14,793 nt of DNA from UHGV virus genome UHGV-0120184. The stretch is one strand, 5' to 3'. The stretch's first letter is position 1. Every line of letters begins with the position of its first letter. Made by a program: the position numbers and the translations under genes. Positions 8,285-14,793 of this stretch are shown piece by piece. The notes beneath the pieces are model-generated. The model saw only the letters and a list, made by a program, of their open reading frames with translations. It did no database searches and was not told where the DNA came from. The stretch is from a virus.

Positions 8285-8345
8285 GGGCGCGATATCCGGT
8301 TTATTTTTTGTTGCTGTGTTTTGCCTCGTGCCGGATATCGCGTCC
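8285..8345. repeat. Long inverted repeat: 12-15 bp arms, each containing an EcoRV-like GATATC palindrome, around a T-rich 31-nt loop
   Basis: cgcgatatccgg (8288-8299) and ccggatatcgcg (8331-8342), extendable by three flanking pairs (two G-C and one G-U wobble). A T5 run follows on the plus strand. It lies between the minus-strand operon and its terminator. Confidence 0.4.
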
Positions 8346-8432
8346 ACCGTTTTTCTGATGATTCTTATGAAATCGTACTTTATTGATTTACTGCCATCCT
8401 GGTTTGTCTTTTTATGTTCATTATTGCGACAG

Positions 8433-8828
8433 TCATTTCCTGTTTCTGGTGATGTTTTGATAAAAGTGAAAGAATAAAACGATCATTGCAGAAGGTATTG
8501 CTAAAACCATACATATCATTATATAAACAAGATGAAAATGATATATACCATAAGACCAGAAAAAAGGTTTTTTCCAGAATGATATGGATGTGTATTTTAG
8601 TGTAATTGTTTTTGTCAGGTATATTGAACAAGGAAGAGCCAGGCCACTGAGTATCAGAAATAAGTCAACTTTTATCGATGCTTCTGTTGGTGTGTCATAT
8701 ATAAGATGCAATATGGATATTATAATGGGGCACATTCCCCACAGGATATTTTTGAAATAGAATTTCCGGTTCATATGTTTATGCTCTTTGGTTTTATCCC
8801 GGGAATTGGCGCTTTGTTTTTTATTCAT
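8433..8828 (-). CDS. Small predicted multi-pass membrane protein (131 aa in the track; the start may be the internal Met 19), AT-rich
   Basis: Open frame in a ~1.3 kb strongly AT-rich segment. It has 3-4 hydrophobic helices and starts at/overlaps the stop of the upstream 223-aa ORF (ATGA-type coupling). No recognisable family. Confidence 0.5.
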   Translation of the reverse strand: MNKKQSANSRDKTKEHKHMNRKFYFKNILWGMCPIIISILHLIYDTPTEASIKVDLFLILSGLALPCSIYLTKTITLKYTSISFWKKPFFWSYGIYHFHLVYIMICMVLAIPSAMIVLFFHFYQNITRNRK

Positions 8829-9492
8829 GAACGTTTTCGTTGTTTAATAACCATGGGGTATTATGATTATCCTTTATTTTTGATATGTAATTGTCAATAG
8901 TGGATTTCGTTTCATTATTGTGGTTATAGTAATCATGAAGAGTGCAAAACACATCATCTTTTATTGTGGCGATTAATGGGGCTTGTGTGAGGGTAAAATA
9001 TAAAGAACGATTACTTAGTGTCCTGAAATAAATTTTTTCGCCAATGACCAGATCGGTGTTCATTATATTGTAGCCTATTTCAAATATATTGTTTGATGGC
9101 ATGTGTAATACATATGTGGGGTATTTGTTGTGTTTTTTCATTAAATAATAAATAAAATCAGATACAGGCATCTGTTTTAGTTTTTTTTGCATCTTCCTTA
9201 TGTGTTGTGACATTAATATCATTTTCGAGAGAATGCATAAGAGACTAAACAAGAGATTAAATACTATGTTCAGTACTATCAGAGTAACAAACAGGCCAAT
9301 GCTCCTTAGCGCTGAAAATATATTGTCATTGTAAATATACTGGAATGTATATCCGGCTGATAAAAATGCCAATATATATAACACTATGTCTGTTTTATTT
9401 CGCTTTTTTATTTTGTAGGTTATTGCTGATTTTAAGAATAAGATGGCAATAAGAGCAGTGATAACCCAGAAAAATATAACGGAAACTTCCAT
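8821..9492 (-). CDS. Predicted membrane protein (223 aa): N-terminal ~3 transmembrane helices plus a ~130-aa Asn/Lys/Tyr-rich soluble C-terminal domain
   Basis: Long ORF in the AT-rich island. An AAAGG RBS sits 7 nt before the ATG at 9492. A promoter-like TTTACA-N17-ATAAAT and a palindrome lie upstream. No family recognised. Confidence 0.6.
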   Translation of the reverse strand: MEVSVIFFWVITALIAILFLKSAITYKIKKRNKTDIVLYILAFLSAGYTFQYIYNDNIFSALRSIGLFVTLIVLNIVFNLLFSLLCILSKMILMSQHIRKMQKKLKQMPVSDFIYYLMKKHNKYPTYVLHMPSNNIFEIGYNIMNTDLVIGEKIYFRTLSNRSLYFTLTQAPLIATIKDDVFCTLHDYYNHNNETKSTIDNYISKIKDNHNTPWLLNNENVHE

Positions 9493-9542
9493 AATTATAC
9501 CTTTATCGTGTTTTCAGGGAGGTAATTTATCATTGTGCTGAT

Positions 9543-9562
9543 ATGCATGTAAATACATGCAT
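9543..9562. promoter_or_regulatory. Perfect 9-bp inverted repeat (ATGCATGTA-aa-TACATGCAT), a candidate operator overlapping the putative promoter of the 223-aa gene
   Basis: Palindrome seen directly in sequence. It lies 50-70 bp upstream of the ATG at 9492, on the transcribed side. Confidence 0.35.
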
Positions 9563-9690
9563 TATCTGTTTCTTATATTCTTTTTATGAAGTTACTGATT
9601 AATTTATATTAAAACAACACATTCATAATGAAATCAACATGTTCATATGGTTGACGGCAGATTTCTCTTTTTGTTAACCTGCATCTGCAT

Positions 9691-9939
9691 TAACTGTCGC
9701 TTCGGCGACCACCAATGTTCCATAGTGGCCTGTGAGGAACGCCTTCGGGTGGCCCATGTCGCTCCGGCGACCACCAATGCTCCATATGACCTGTGAGGAG
9801 CGCCTTCGGGTGGTCAGTTTTACACCTCCGTAGCCTGAAAGGAGCTGTGAGTACTGAAGGGAAACATCCCTGATGTATGGGCAAATCTGCACACCTTTGA
9901 GAGCAGATGTCACTACGGTTTTACGTGATGATGAAGGCA
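9691..9939. repeat. Direct repeat copy 1 (~249 bp), containing two tandem ~62-bp sub-repeats (9696-9757 and 9758-9817) and a hairpin-rich 3' half
   Basis: It is ~98% identical to 12484-12733 (constant offset 2794; the central ~170 bp are identical). Sub-repeat unit: gtcgctYcggcgaccaccaatgYtccataKRRcctgtgaggaRcgccttcgggtggYcMR. It has a cgcc-UUCG-ggug tetraloop-type hairpin and a gaccacc/ggtggtc stem. ORFs 9674..9940 and 9690..9884 (-) overlap it in two frames and look like repeat artefacts. Confidence 0.9.
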
Positions 9940-10117
9940 TTCCGGATTCCGTTCCGGTACTTTTATTTTTTCTCAGCAGACAGGCATAAAAACGCCTTTA
10001 AAATCTGCGTCTTAAGATATTTTCTGACTTTCCGCATGAGCTTCTTATGACTGTGCGCACGGCATAAGACCATTTGAAATTTGGTCGCTTGCGTGTGCAT
10101 GTGGAGTTTGAAGCTGT

Positions 10118-10163
10118 GCGGCGTCACTTGCGTGCGACCGAAGGGAACACCAAGTGACGCCGC
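10118..10163. repeat. 13-bp perfect inverted repeat (gcggcgtcacttg ... caagtgacgccgc) with a 20-nt loop, in the GC-rich leader region upstream of the recombinase gene
   Basis: Arms at 10118-10130 and 10151-10163. Further hairpins lie nearby (tgcc-ctgaa-ggca at ~10171-10183; cgtccgt-tttcaca-cggacg at ~10291-10309). Confidence 0.6.
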
Positions 10164-10210
10164 GGCCATCTGCCCTGAAGGCAGCATCACGTAAGGTCTG
10201 GCAGAAAATC

Positions 10211-10260
10211 GTCGCTCGTGACAAGCGTCCTGATGCTCGTTTTGTCGCTCTGACAACGTC
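10211..10260. promoter_or_regulatory. Two direct repeats of a TGACAA-containing motif (gTCGCTCgTGACAAgCGTC / gTCGCTC-TGACAA-CGTC), iteron-like candidate protein-binding sites
   Basis: Units at 10211-10229 and 10244-10260. TGAC/GTCA cores recur across 10120-10275. Confidence 0.35.
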
Positions 10261-10605
10261 TTTCGGTGACGTATCCACGCCTTTCCGGCGCGTCCGTTTT
10301 CACACGGACGGCCACGCCGGAATGTCTTCTTAAACTTCGTAATACATGAGAGGTAAGTGTATTAACTGACTGAAATAAAGGAATAAAAATGAAAAATCGT
10401 TCTGATGTCGGGAGGCGTCATCGTAAGGTGACGGGGAGTATTCCTCAACAATCGCCCTGGTGCACAGGTAGCGAACTCCTGTAAGAACTCAACATGTGCA
10501 AGCTCTGCTACATCGACATCAAACGAGCCAGGAAGGCGAACAACCGCGTTACAGAGCCGTCCGTGATGACGAAAAACTAACAATATCAACGAACTTTTCT
10601 GTTTA

Positions 10606-10660
10606 CCGGAAGGGCTGCGTATGCAGTTTTACTTTGTGAACGGAAGGGGGCTGCATCTGA
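10606..10660 (+). promoter_or_regulatory. Pair of ~20-bp direct repeats (cGGAAGGGcTGCgTaTGcA / cGGAAGGGggCTGCaTcTGA) immediately upstream of the recombinase gene
   Basis: Repeats at 10606-10626 and 10640-10660. An SD GGGAGA and the ATG at 10683 follow. Confidence 0.35.
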
Positions 10661-10682
10661 TTTTTACAGGGAGAATGACTTT

Positions 10683-11600
10683 ATGGCCCGGAAATCGTCA
10701 CGTTCTAAAGTTGAACTGTTTCGCAAGTCTTTCATCTCACTTGCCCGTGAGTGTGGTGGCAGTTACGCAACAACAGCTGACAGAATGAGAATTGCAAAGT
10801 ACTTCCTGAATTATTTACGTGAAAATGGAATTAAACTTCGCCAGACGAGCAGTATTAAAACCAGACATATTTCTGGTTACCTTCTCAGCAGGAAAGCAGC
10901 GGGTATTTCTCACCGGACTATTCAGAATGAACGGGCGGTTATGCGTGCCATTTTAGAAAAAGATGGACGACTTAAAATCGCAGATCCTTCTAACCCATTA
11001 TTGAGTAATGAAGCGCTCGGCCTAAAGGATACATGCCGTGATGGAAAGAAAATAGCATTGTCACCGGATGAATTCTGGAAAGCATTTGCTAAAGTGGAAA
11101 AAAAGAATCCTGGTGTGGCAGCTGCAATGCAGCTTTCTTATGTTCTGGGTTTAAGAACAAAAGAAGCCGTTCAGTCATGTAAGTCTGTTCAGTCATGGCT
11201 ACGGGAACTGAATTCAGGGTGCGATTCTCTTTCGGTCGTTTTTGGTACGAAAGGTGGAAGACCAAGAAATACCACAATTATTGACAGAGATGCGGTAAGA
11301 CATGCTTTGCTTTATGCTCAAAAAATAATGGATGAACACGACGGAAAACTTATTGACCGTCCAAATATAAAACAGGCTATCAATGTTTTTCGTTATCATG
11401 CCCGTAAAGCGGGATTGTCAGGAGTGAAATCTCCGCACAGTATGCGTTATCATTTTTCTCAGGAAGCCAGAAAATTTTATCGAAAAAATGGATATGGAGA
11501 GTCGGAAATCTACGCTCGTGTTTCTATGGATCTTGGCCATGGTGACGGAAGAGGTCGTTATGTAAAACAGGTTTATTTTAACGGTTCTGATGAAAGTTGA
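10683..11600 (+). CDS. Tyrosine site-specific recombinase (phage-integrase family), 305 aa
   Basis: The catalytic-domain signature is visible: box I LGLRTKEA (Arg), a GTKGG lysine hairpin, box II HSMRYHF (His-x-x-Arg), and LGHGDGRGRYVKQVY (His ... Tyr nucleophile). The N-terminus has a core-binding (SAM-like) domain pattern (IKLRQ.SSIKTRHI..Y......G.S.RTI.NE....R). Confidence 0.8.
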   Translation: MARKSSRSKVELFRKSFISLARECGGSYATTADRMRIAKYFLNYLRENGIKLRQTSSIKTRHISGYLLSRKAAGISHRTIQNERAVMRAILEKDGRLKIADPSNPLLSNEALGLKDTCRDGKKIALSPDEFWKAFAKVEKKNPGVAAAMQLSYVLGLRTKEAVQSCKSVQSWLRELNSGCDSLSVVFGTKGGRPRNTTIIDRDAVRHALLYAQKIMDEHDGKLIDRPNIKQAINVFRYHARKAGLSGVKSPHSMRYHFSQEARKFYRKNGYGESEIYARVSMDLGHGDGRGRYVKQVYFNGSDES

Positions 11601-11603
11601 TAT

Positions 11604-12341
11604 TTAAAATGAATCTGGAGGATATGTGTTTTTGTTAATTTCGGTTATGATGATTTCTGATGCGCGATTACACATATCTTCATCAAAATACCCAATATGA
11701 CATTCATGAATGTGACAATTCAGTTTTCTGGATAGCCATATATTTGCCTCGTTACGGGATATGTTGGCTCTTTGCTGATAATTGTCAAAAAGTTTACGTA
11801 CTTTTGTTCTGAGTATTCTCAGGTTTTCTTTAGCCGGAGTACCTAATGGTCTTCCTGAGTTTTTATGGCATCCAACCCATGCATTGCATGGGGGACAAAT
11901 CCAGTAATATTTGTTTTCTGTCGCGGCTGAAATGGAAAATGGCATGAGAGCCCCTTTTATAAGATTCGTCTTATTTCCACAGTATGGGCAGATAACAATT
12001 GGTCGGACATCTGCAATATTCAGTGATGTATAAGTCAGTCGTTCATTTTTAACGATGTTTCTCTTTCCGCAATGGGTGAGAACATGCTTTATTGTATCTA
12101 ATTCTTCTCGTAGTATTTTGGAACTGACGCCAGTGCGATAACGTTGTTGAAAATAGCATTCAATATGACGTAGTTTTATGCTATTTGCTGAGCTTATCTG
12201 TATATTGGCATCTTTAAGAAATGAAGCAAGTCTTCTGGCTCTTCCCGTATATACCAACATATCTTCTGGCGTCGGGGCGCATGCTTTGGCTATTCTGAGT
12301 AGTTCATCTTTTAATTTTTTGTATTTCGATTTCATTTTCAC
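11604..12341 (-). CDS. Recombinase-N-domain paralog lacking a catalytic domain, fused to an Ogr/Delta-like C4 zinc ribbon (245 aa)
   Basis: Its N-terminal ~90 aa aligns with the N-domain of the adjacent recombinase (SFLKDANIQISSANSIKLRHIECYF..RYRTGVSSKILREELDTIKHVL versus YFLNYLRENGIKLRQTSSIKTRHISGYL..RKAAGISHRTIQNERAVMRAIL). The C-terminus has CPYCG-x26-CPPC with ENKYYWIC, paralleling the Ogr finger in this same window (CPYCG...REKYYQC..C), plus an extra CHIHECH cluster. No R/HxxR/Y catalytic motifs. A promoter-like CTGACA-N17-TATTTT lies upstream. Confidence 0.65.
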   Translation of the reverse strand: MKMKSKYKKLKDELLRIAKACAPTPEDMLVYTGRARRLASFLKDANIQISSANSIKLRHIECYFQQRYRTGVSSKILREELDTIKHVLTHCGKRNIVKNERLTYTSLNIADVRPIVICPYCGNKTNLIKGALMPFSISAATENKYYWICPPCNAWVGCHKNSGRPLGTPAKENLRILRTKVRKLFDNYQQRANISRNEANIWLSRKLNCHIHECHIGYFDEDMCNRASEIIITEINKNTYPPDSF

Positions 12342-12483
12342 ATCTCTCTTACAGGTTCATAAAGAGTGTTACTGAATTAAAAAATATCAAATTGAGCTGG
12401 CCTTGTCAGTCAGCTGTAGGTTATTACCATAGCCACGACAACAACTTGAAGTTTTATGTTGTTTATGATTATATTTTAGACGC

Positions 12484-12733
12484 TAACTTGTCGCTCCGGC
12501 GACCACCAATGTTCCATAGTGGCCTGTGAGGAACGCCTTCGGGTGGCCCATGTCGCTCCGGCGACCACCAATGCTCCATATGACCTGTGAGGAGCGCCTT
12601 CGGGTGGTCAGTTTTACACCTCCGTAGCCTGAAAGGAGCTGTGAGTACTGAAGGGAAACATCCCTGATGTACGGGCAAATCTGCACACCTTTGAGAGCAG
12701 ATGTCACCACGGTTTTACGTGATGATGAAGGCA
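12484..12733. repeat. Direct repeat copy 2 (~250 bp), same internal tandem sub-repeat structure as copy 1
   Basis: See copy 1. ORFs 12469..12678 and 12483..12782 (-) are repeat artefacts mirroring those across copy 1. Confidence 0.9.
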
Positions 12734-12735
12734 CT

Positions 12736-12745
12736 TTGTATACAA
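12736..12745. promoter_or_regulatory. Perfect 10-bp palindrome TTGTATACAA immediately flanking repeat copy 2
   Basis: Seen directly in sequence. Possible operator or recombination-site element. Confidence 0.25.
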
Positions 12746-12807
12746 TGTGACTATGAGTTGTCTCTGGTCTTCTTAAGCGCATCGTGCTGACGCATTGATG
12801 TGTTCAC

Positions 12808-12851
12808 CTGACGGATTTTCCAGTCCGTCAGGGCGGAACGTCCGTCTTTTT
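12808..12851 (+). terminator. Tandem stem-loops followed by T5 (terminator or attenuator) just upstream of the 12867 gene
   Basis: ctgacgg (12808-12814) pairs with ccgtcag (12825-12831). Then cgga-acg-tccg (12834-12844) is followed by tcttttt. Confidence 0.45.
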
Positions 12852-12866
12852 CATTCGGAGGTTCCG

Positions 12867-13268
12867 ATGTTTATACCACTTTTGTTACGTGCAGATATGC
12901 GCATAACGCCTTTCTTTCATCTTCTCAGACAATGTCTGTTTAATCAGAAGCGTTGTGTTCACCCACAACAGCCCTGGTCCGCTCCACAACTGAGGCATCT
13001 GTACTGCACTCCGTGGTTTATTAACGCCACCGGCAATCTGTCAGTCAGAGCCTGCATTGTTTCCACCAACGGTGCATTGCGACACTGCTTTGAGTTCCGT
13101 GAAGGCTCTCACAGCCGTGAATATCGTTACTGGTTTGAGGCACTTCCGCTGTCTGTCGTGCGGTTTAATGTCTTTACCGGTCGAATATCTGCTCGCCGCA
13201 CGCTTTCTGCTGCCTCCCGTATGGCCGTGCAGCTTACTTCTTTTCGCTATCGCTTCGGTCTTCGCTGA
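12867..13268 (+). CDS. Hypothetical protein (133 aa, Arg/Cys/Trp-rich); coding status uncertain
   Basis: The ATG at 12867 is preceded by GGAGG at a good distance. The composition is unusual and no family was recognised. The track ORF begins earlier at 12795. Confidence 0.35.
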   Translation: MFIPLLLRADMRITPFFHLLRQCLFNQKRCVHPQQPWSAPQLRHLYCTPWFINATGNLSVRACIVSTNGALRHCFEFREGSHSREYRYWFEALPLSVVRFNVFTGRISARRTLSAASRMAVQLTSFRYRFGLR

Positions 13269-13380
13269 AGCCTGTTGAACGGTCGTCATGACCGTTGAAA
13301 GGTTTATCACACAACGCCCGGATCTGTCTGACCGTACCACGCGTGCGCGATGACAAATCTGAGTTTTCCTTAACCCGTCC

Positions 13381-13418
13381 GGGACCGCTCCCGTTCGGGG
13401 ACGGTCCCGCTGTTTTTA
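13381..13418 (+). terminator. Rho-independent terminator
   Basis: gggaccg (13381-13387), inner mini-hairpin cccg-ttcg-ggg, cggtccc (13402-13408), then GCTGTTTTTA. Confidence 0.55.
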
Positions 13419-13432
13419 TCAGGAGATTGTTT

Positions 13433-13813
13433 ATGGGACTCGATATTTTTTTCCTTGGGCGTGATCGTGTTACCGACGCGGTAGTATCGGTACCGGAAAC
13501 GCGGGAAGTGGGTTACTTTCGCAAGGTTAACCCACTGATTGCCTGGTTTGAGACGCATTGTGGACCGGTTGAAAATGCCGTGGAGCGTCCGGTTTCCAGA
13601 ACGGAACTGGAGGCACTACTGAGCGATCTTGAATGCCTTACGCCGGAGAACTGCCGGGAATTCTTCCCCACAACAGAAGGATTCTTTTTTGGTTCTCAGG
13701 AGTATGACCAGTATTACTGGAAGGATGTTGAGATCGTGAAATCGTGGGTCAGAAGCACGCTTGATTCGTTTGATTTTGAACGAAAAATACTGTTGCTCTG
13801 GGCATGGTGGTAA
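13433..13813 (+). CDS. Hypothetical protein (~126 aa) ending ...SWVRSTLDSFDFERKILLLWAWW
   Basis: The ATG at 13433 has AGGAG 7 nt upstream and follows a terminator. The ORF is open to 13813. A paralogous C-terminal fragment lies at 14359-14508. Confidence 0.5.
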   Translation: MGLDIFFLGRDRVTDAVVSVPETREVGYFRKVNPLIAWFETHCGPVENAVERPVSRTELEALLSDLECLTPENCREFFPTTEGFFFGSQEYDQYYWKDVEIVKSWVRSTLDSFDFERKILLLWAWW

Positions 13814-13913
13814 TTATTTTTCTGTCCTTGTTTTTAACCTTATTACCCTGTCGGGAACATGTGTCCCGTAGGGCAGGTGTGTTCCCGTAATTTTTTGTAT
13901 CTGAGGTGAACAC

Positions 13914-14393
13914 ATGAATAGTCTGTTAATACTCCTTTACGTTGTTGTATGCCGTGCCTGCACCATTCTTCGGGTAATCGCACCAGTGTCGTCTGTCCGT
14001 GCGTGGTGTGAGTATCAACTGGAAGGTATGACGATACTTCGTGATGCGTACAGCTCGCTGGCTAAGGCGGCTGGAATGCAGAATGATGCATTTGAATATC
14101 TTGAAAGTATTGCTCGTCATCTGGGCTACGAAAGCGGTGGTGACCAACTGAAATCAGGACTTTTCCGGCCGTTTCTGTGGCATATACGTGCGAAAGGCCA
14201 CAGGCTGGGAGCTGTCATGGAAATGGCGGTATGGCAGGCATGGAAGAATGGCTGTAACGATGTCTGCAATCCATGGGAGGATGTCTACAATCCATGGGAC
14301 CGTGGATGGAACGATGGCTGGACTGAATGTCTGGATCAACGTATAGCCGGTCTCCTGAAGGCGGTCTGTATTGACTTTTCCGACGCCGACTGA
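13914..14393 (+). CDS. Hypothetical protein (159 aa) with a Trp/Asn-rich C-terminal repeat (NPWEDVYNPWDRGWNDGW)
   Basis: The ATG at 13914 has GAGGTG 5 nt upstream and a hairpin plus T-run in the preceding intergenic. No family recognised. Confidence 0.5.
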   Translation: MNSLLILLYVVVCRACTILRVIAPVSSVRAWCEYQLEGMTILRDAYSSLAKAAGMQNDAFEYLESIARHLGYESGGDQLKSGLFRPFLWHIRAKGHRLGAVMEMAVWQAWKNGCNDVCNPWEDVYNPWDRGWNDGWTECLDQRIAGLLKAVCIDFSDAD

Positions 14394-14508
14394 ACGGTTT
14401 TTCTTTTACTTACTGTACCGTGTACCTGCGTCGGTGGCGTGGGTCAGCGATACGCTGAAGACGTTTGATTTTGAGCGTCATTCACTGGTGATGCTGGCGT
14501 TGTGGTAA
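14359..14508 (+). pseudogene. Start-less C-terminal gene remnant paralogous to the 3' end of the 13433-13813 gene
   Basis: The frame from 14359 reads ...VPASVAWVSDTLKTFDFERHSLVMLALW*. This parallels ...VKSWVRSTLDSFDFERKILLLWAWW* of the upstream gene. It has no plausible start codon and is out of frame with the preceding ORF. Confidence 0.4.
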
Positions 14509-14600
14509 GTCCGGCCAGTCTGATTTTCGTTATTAATTTAACCGTATGGTGCATGTTCACCGTACGGGGAGCATGCATCTTTTTTATGGAGCGTGCTCTT

Positions 14601-14753
14601 ATGAAAACGAAAAAACATACTTCATGTCCCGTGAACAAAACCCCGGAGCGTGACCTGTATCAGCTGGTGACGGACAGGGTGATTGAGGCCATCGAAAAGG
14701 GCGTAGCCCCCTGGCAACGTCCATGGCGCTCAGTACGGTGTCAGCGCCAGTGA
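14601..14753 (+). CDS. Truncated ORF whose N-terminus resembles the ArdC-N (DUF1738-type) ssDNA-binding/antirestriction family; likely pseudogene or disrupted
   Basis: The ATG at 14601 has GGAGCG upstream. MKTKKH...DLYQLVTDRVIEAIEKGVAPWQRPW matches the ArdC-N hallmark (.LYQ.VTD.II.A.E.G..PW..PW). It stops after 50 codons, with stops in all frames before the window end, whereas family members are much longer. Confidence 0.4.
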   Translation: MKTKKHTSCPVNKTPERDLYQLVTDRVIEAIEKGVAPWQRPWRSVRCQRQ

Positions 14754-14793
14754 TATAAGACGGTAATTCACCATTTGGATTGTCCGCTCCACC

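Noticed and set aside
8356-8481. 41-aa hydrophobic plus-strand ORF (MILMKSYFIDLLPSWFVFLCSLLRQSFPVSGDVLIKVKE)
   Set aside because: It has no convincing RBS, and it overlaps the 3' end of the minus-strand membrane-protein gene in AT-rich sequence, where hydrophobic codons arise by chance.
9696-9817. Possible CRISPR-like array
   Set aside because: There are only two tandem units and no unique spacers: the units are contiguous and near-identical. There are no cas genes.
9674-9940. ORFs of 64-99 aa crossing both copies of the 250-bp repeat (also 12469..12782)
   Set aside because: Two overlapping frames are open over the same repeat. The sequence is dominated by tandem dyad-symmetric units and no RBS is evident. 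They read as repeat or structured DNA rather than protein.
9963-10278. Minus-strand ORFs of 77-97 aa in the GC-rich hairpin region
   Set aside because: They overlap dense inverted and direct repeats in two frames with no RBS. The region looks cis-acting or RNA rather than coding.

Overview
The window is a mosaic. Positions 1-7700 hold the distal tail module of a P2-like (Peduovirus-type) prophage. A 5'-truncated putative tail-fibre-assembly-like ORF (1-404, +) runs into the window. On the minus strand lie sheath FI, tube FII, chaperone E with its -1 frameshift extension E', tape measure T and gpU. On the plus strand follow gpD and an Ogr-family zinc-finger activator. Relative to canonical P2 (G-FI-FII-E-T-U-D-ogr all co-directional), the FI-U block sits inverted between the G-like gene and D. 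A dyad-symmetric Ogr box (TGT-N12-ACA) lies in the FI/D divergent intergenic region. After ogr comes a hok/gef-family type I toxin gene with terminators. Next is a strongly AT-rich two-gene operon of predicted membrane proteins (minus strand). The most unusual region is a ~2.5 kb module bracketed by two ~250-bp direct repeats (9691-9939 and 12484-12733, ~98% identical), each containing two tandem ~62-bp dyad-rich sub-repeats. Between them a ~305-aa tyrosine recombinase converges on a ~245-aa protein. That protein shares the recombinase's N-terminal core-binding-like domain but replaces the catalytic domain with an Ogr/Delta-like C4 zinc ribbon. A hairpin- and iteron-rich leader region sits upstream. 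The right end (12.8-14.8 kb) carries small hypothetical genes, a paralogous C-terminal gene fragment and a truncated ArdC-N-like ORF, typical of enterobacterial genomic-island cargo. No rRNA, tRNA or CRISPR was found. All calls rest on reading the sequence and recalled family signatures; no searches were run.
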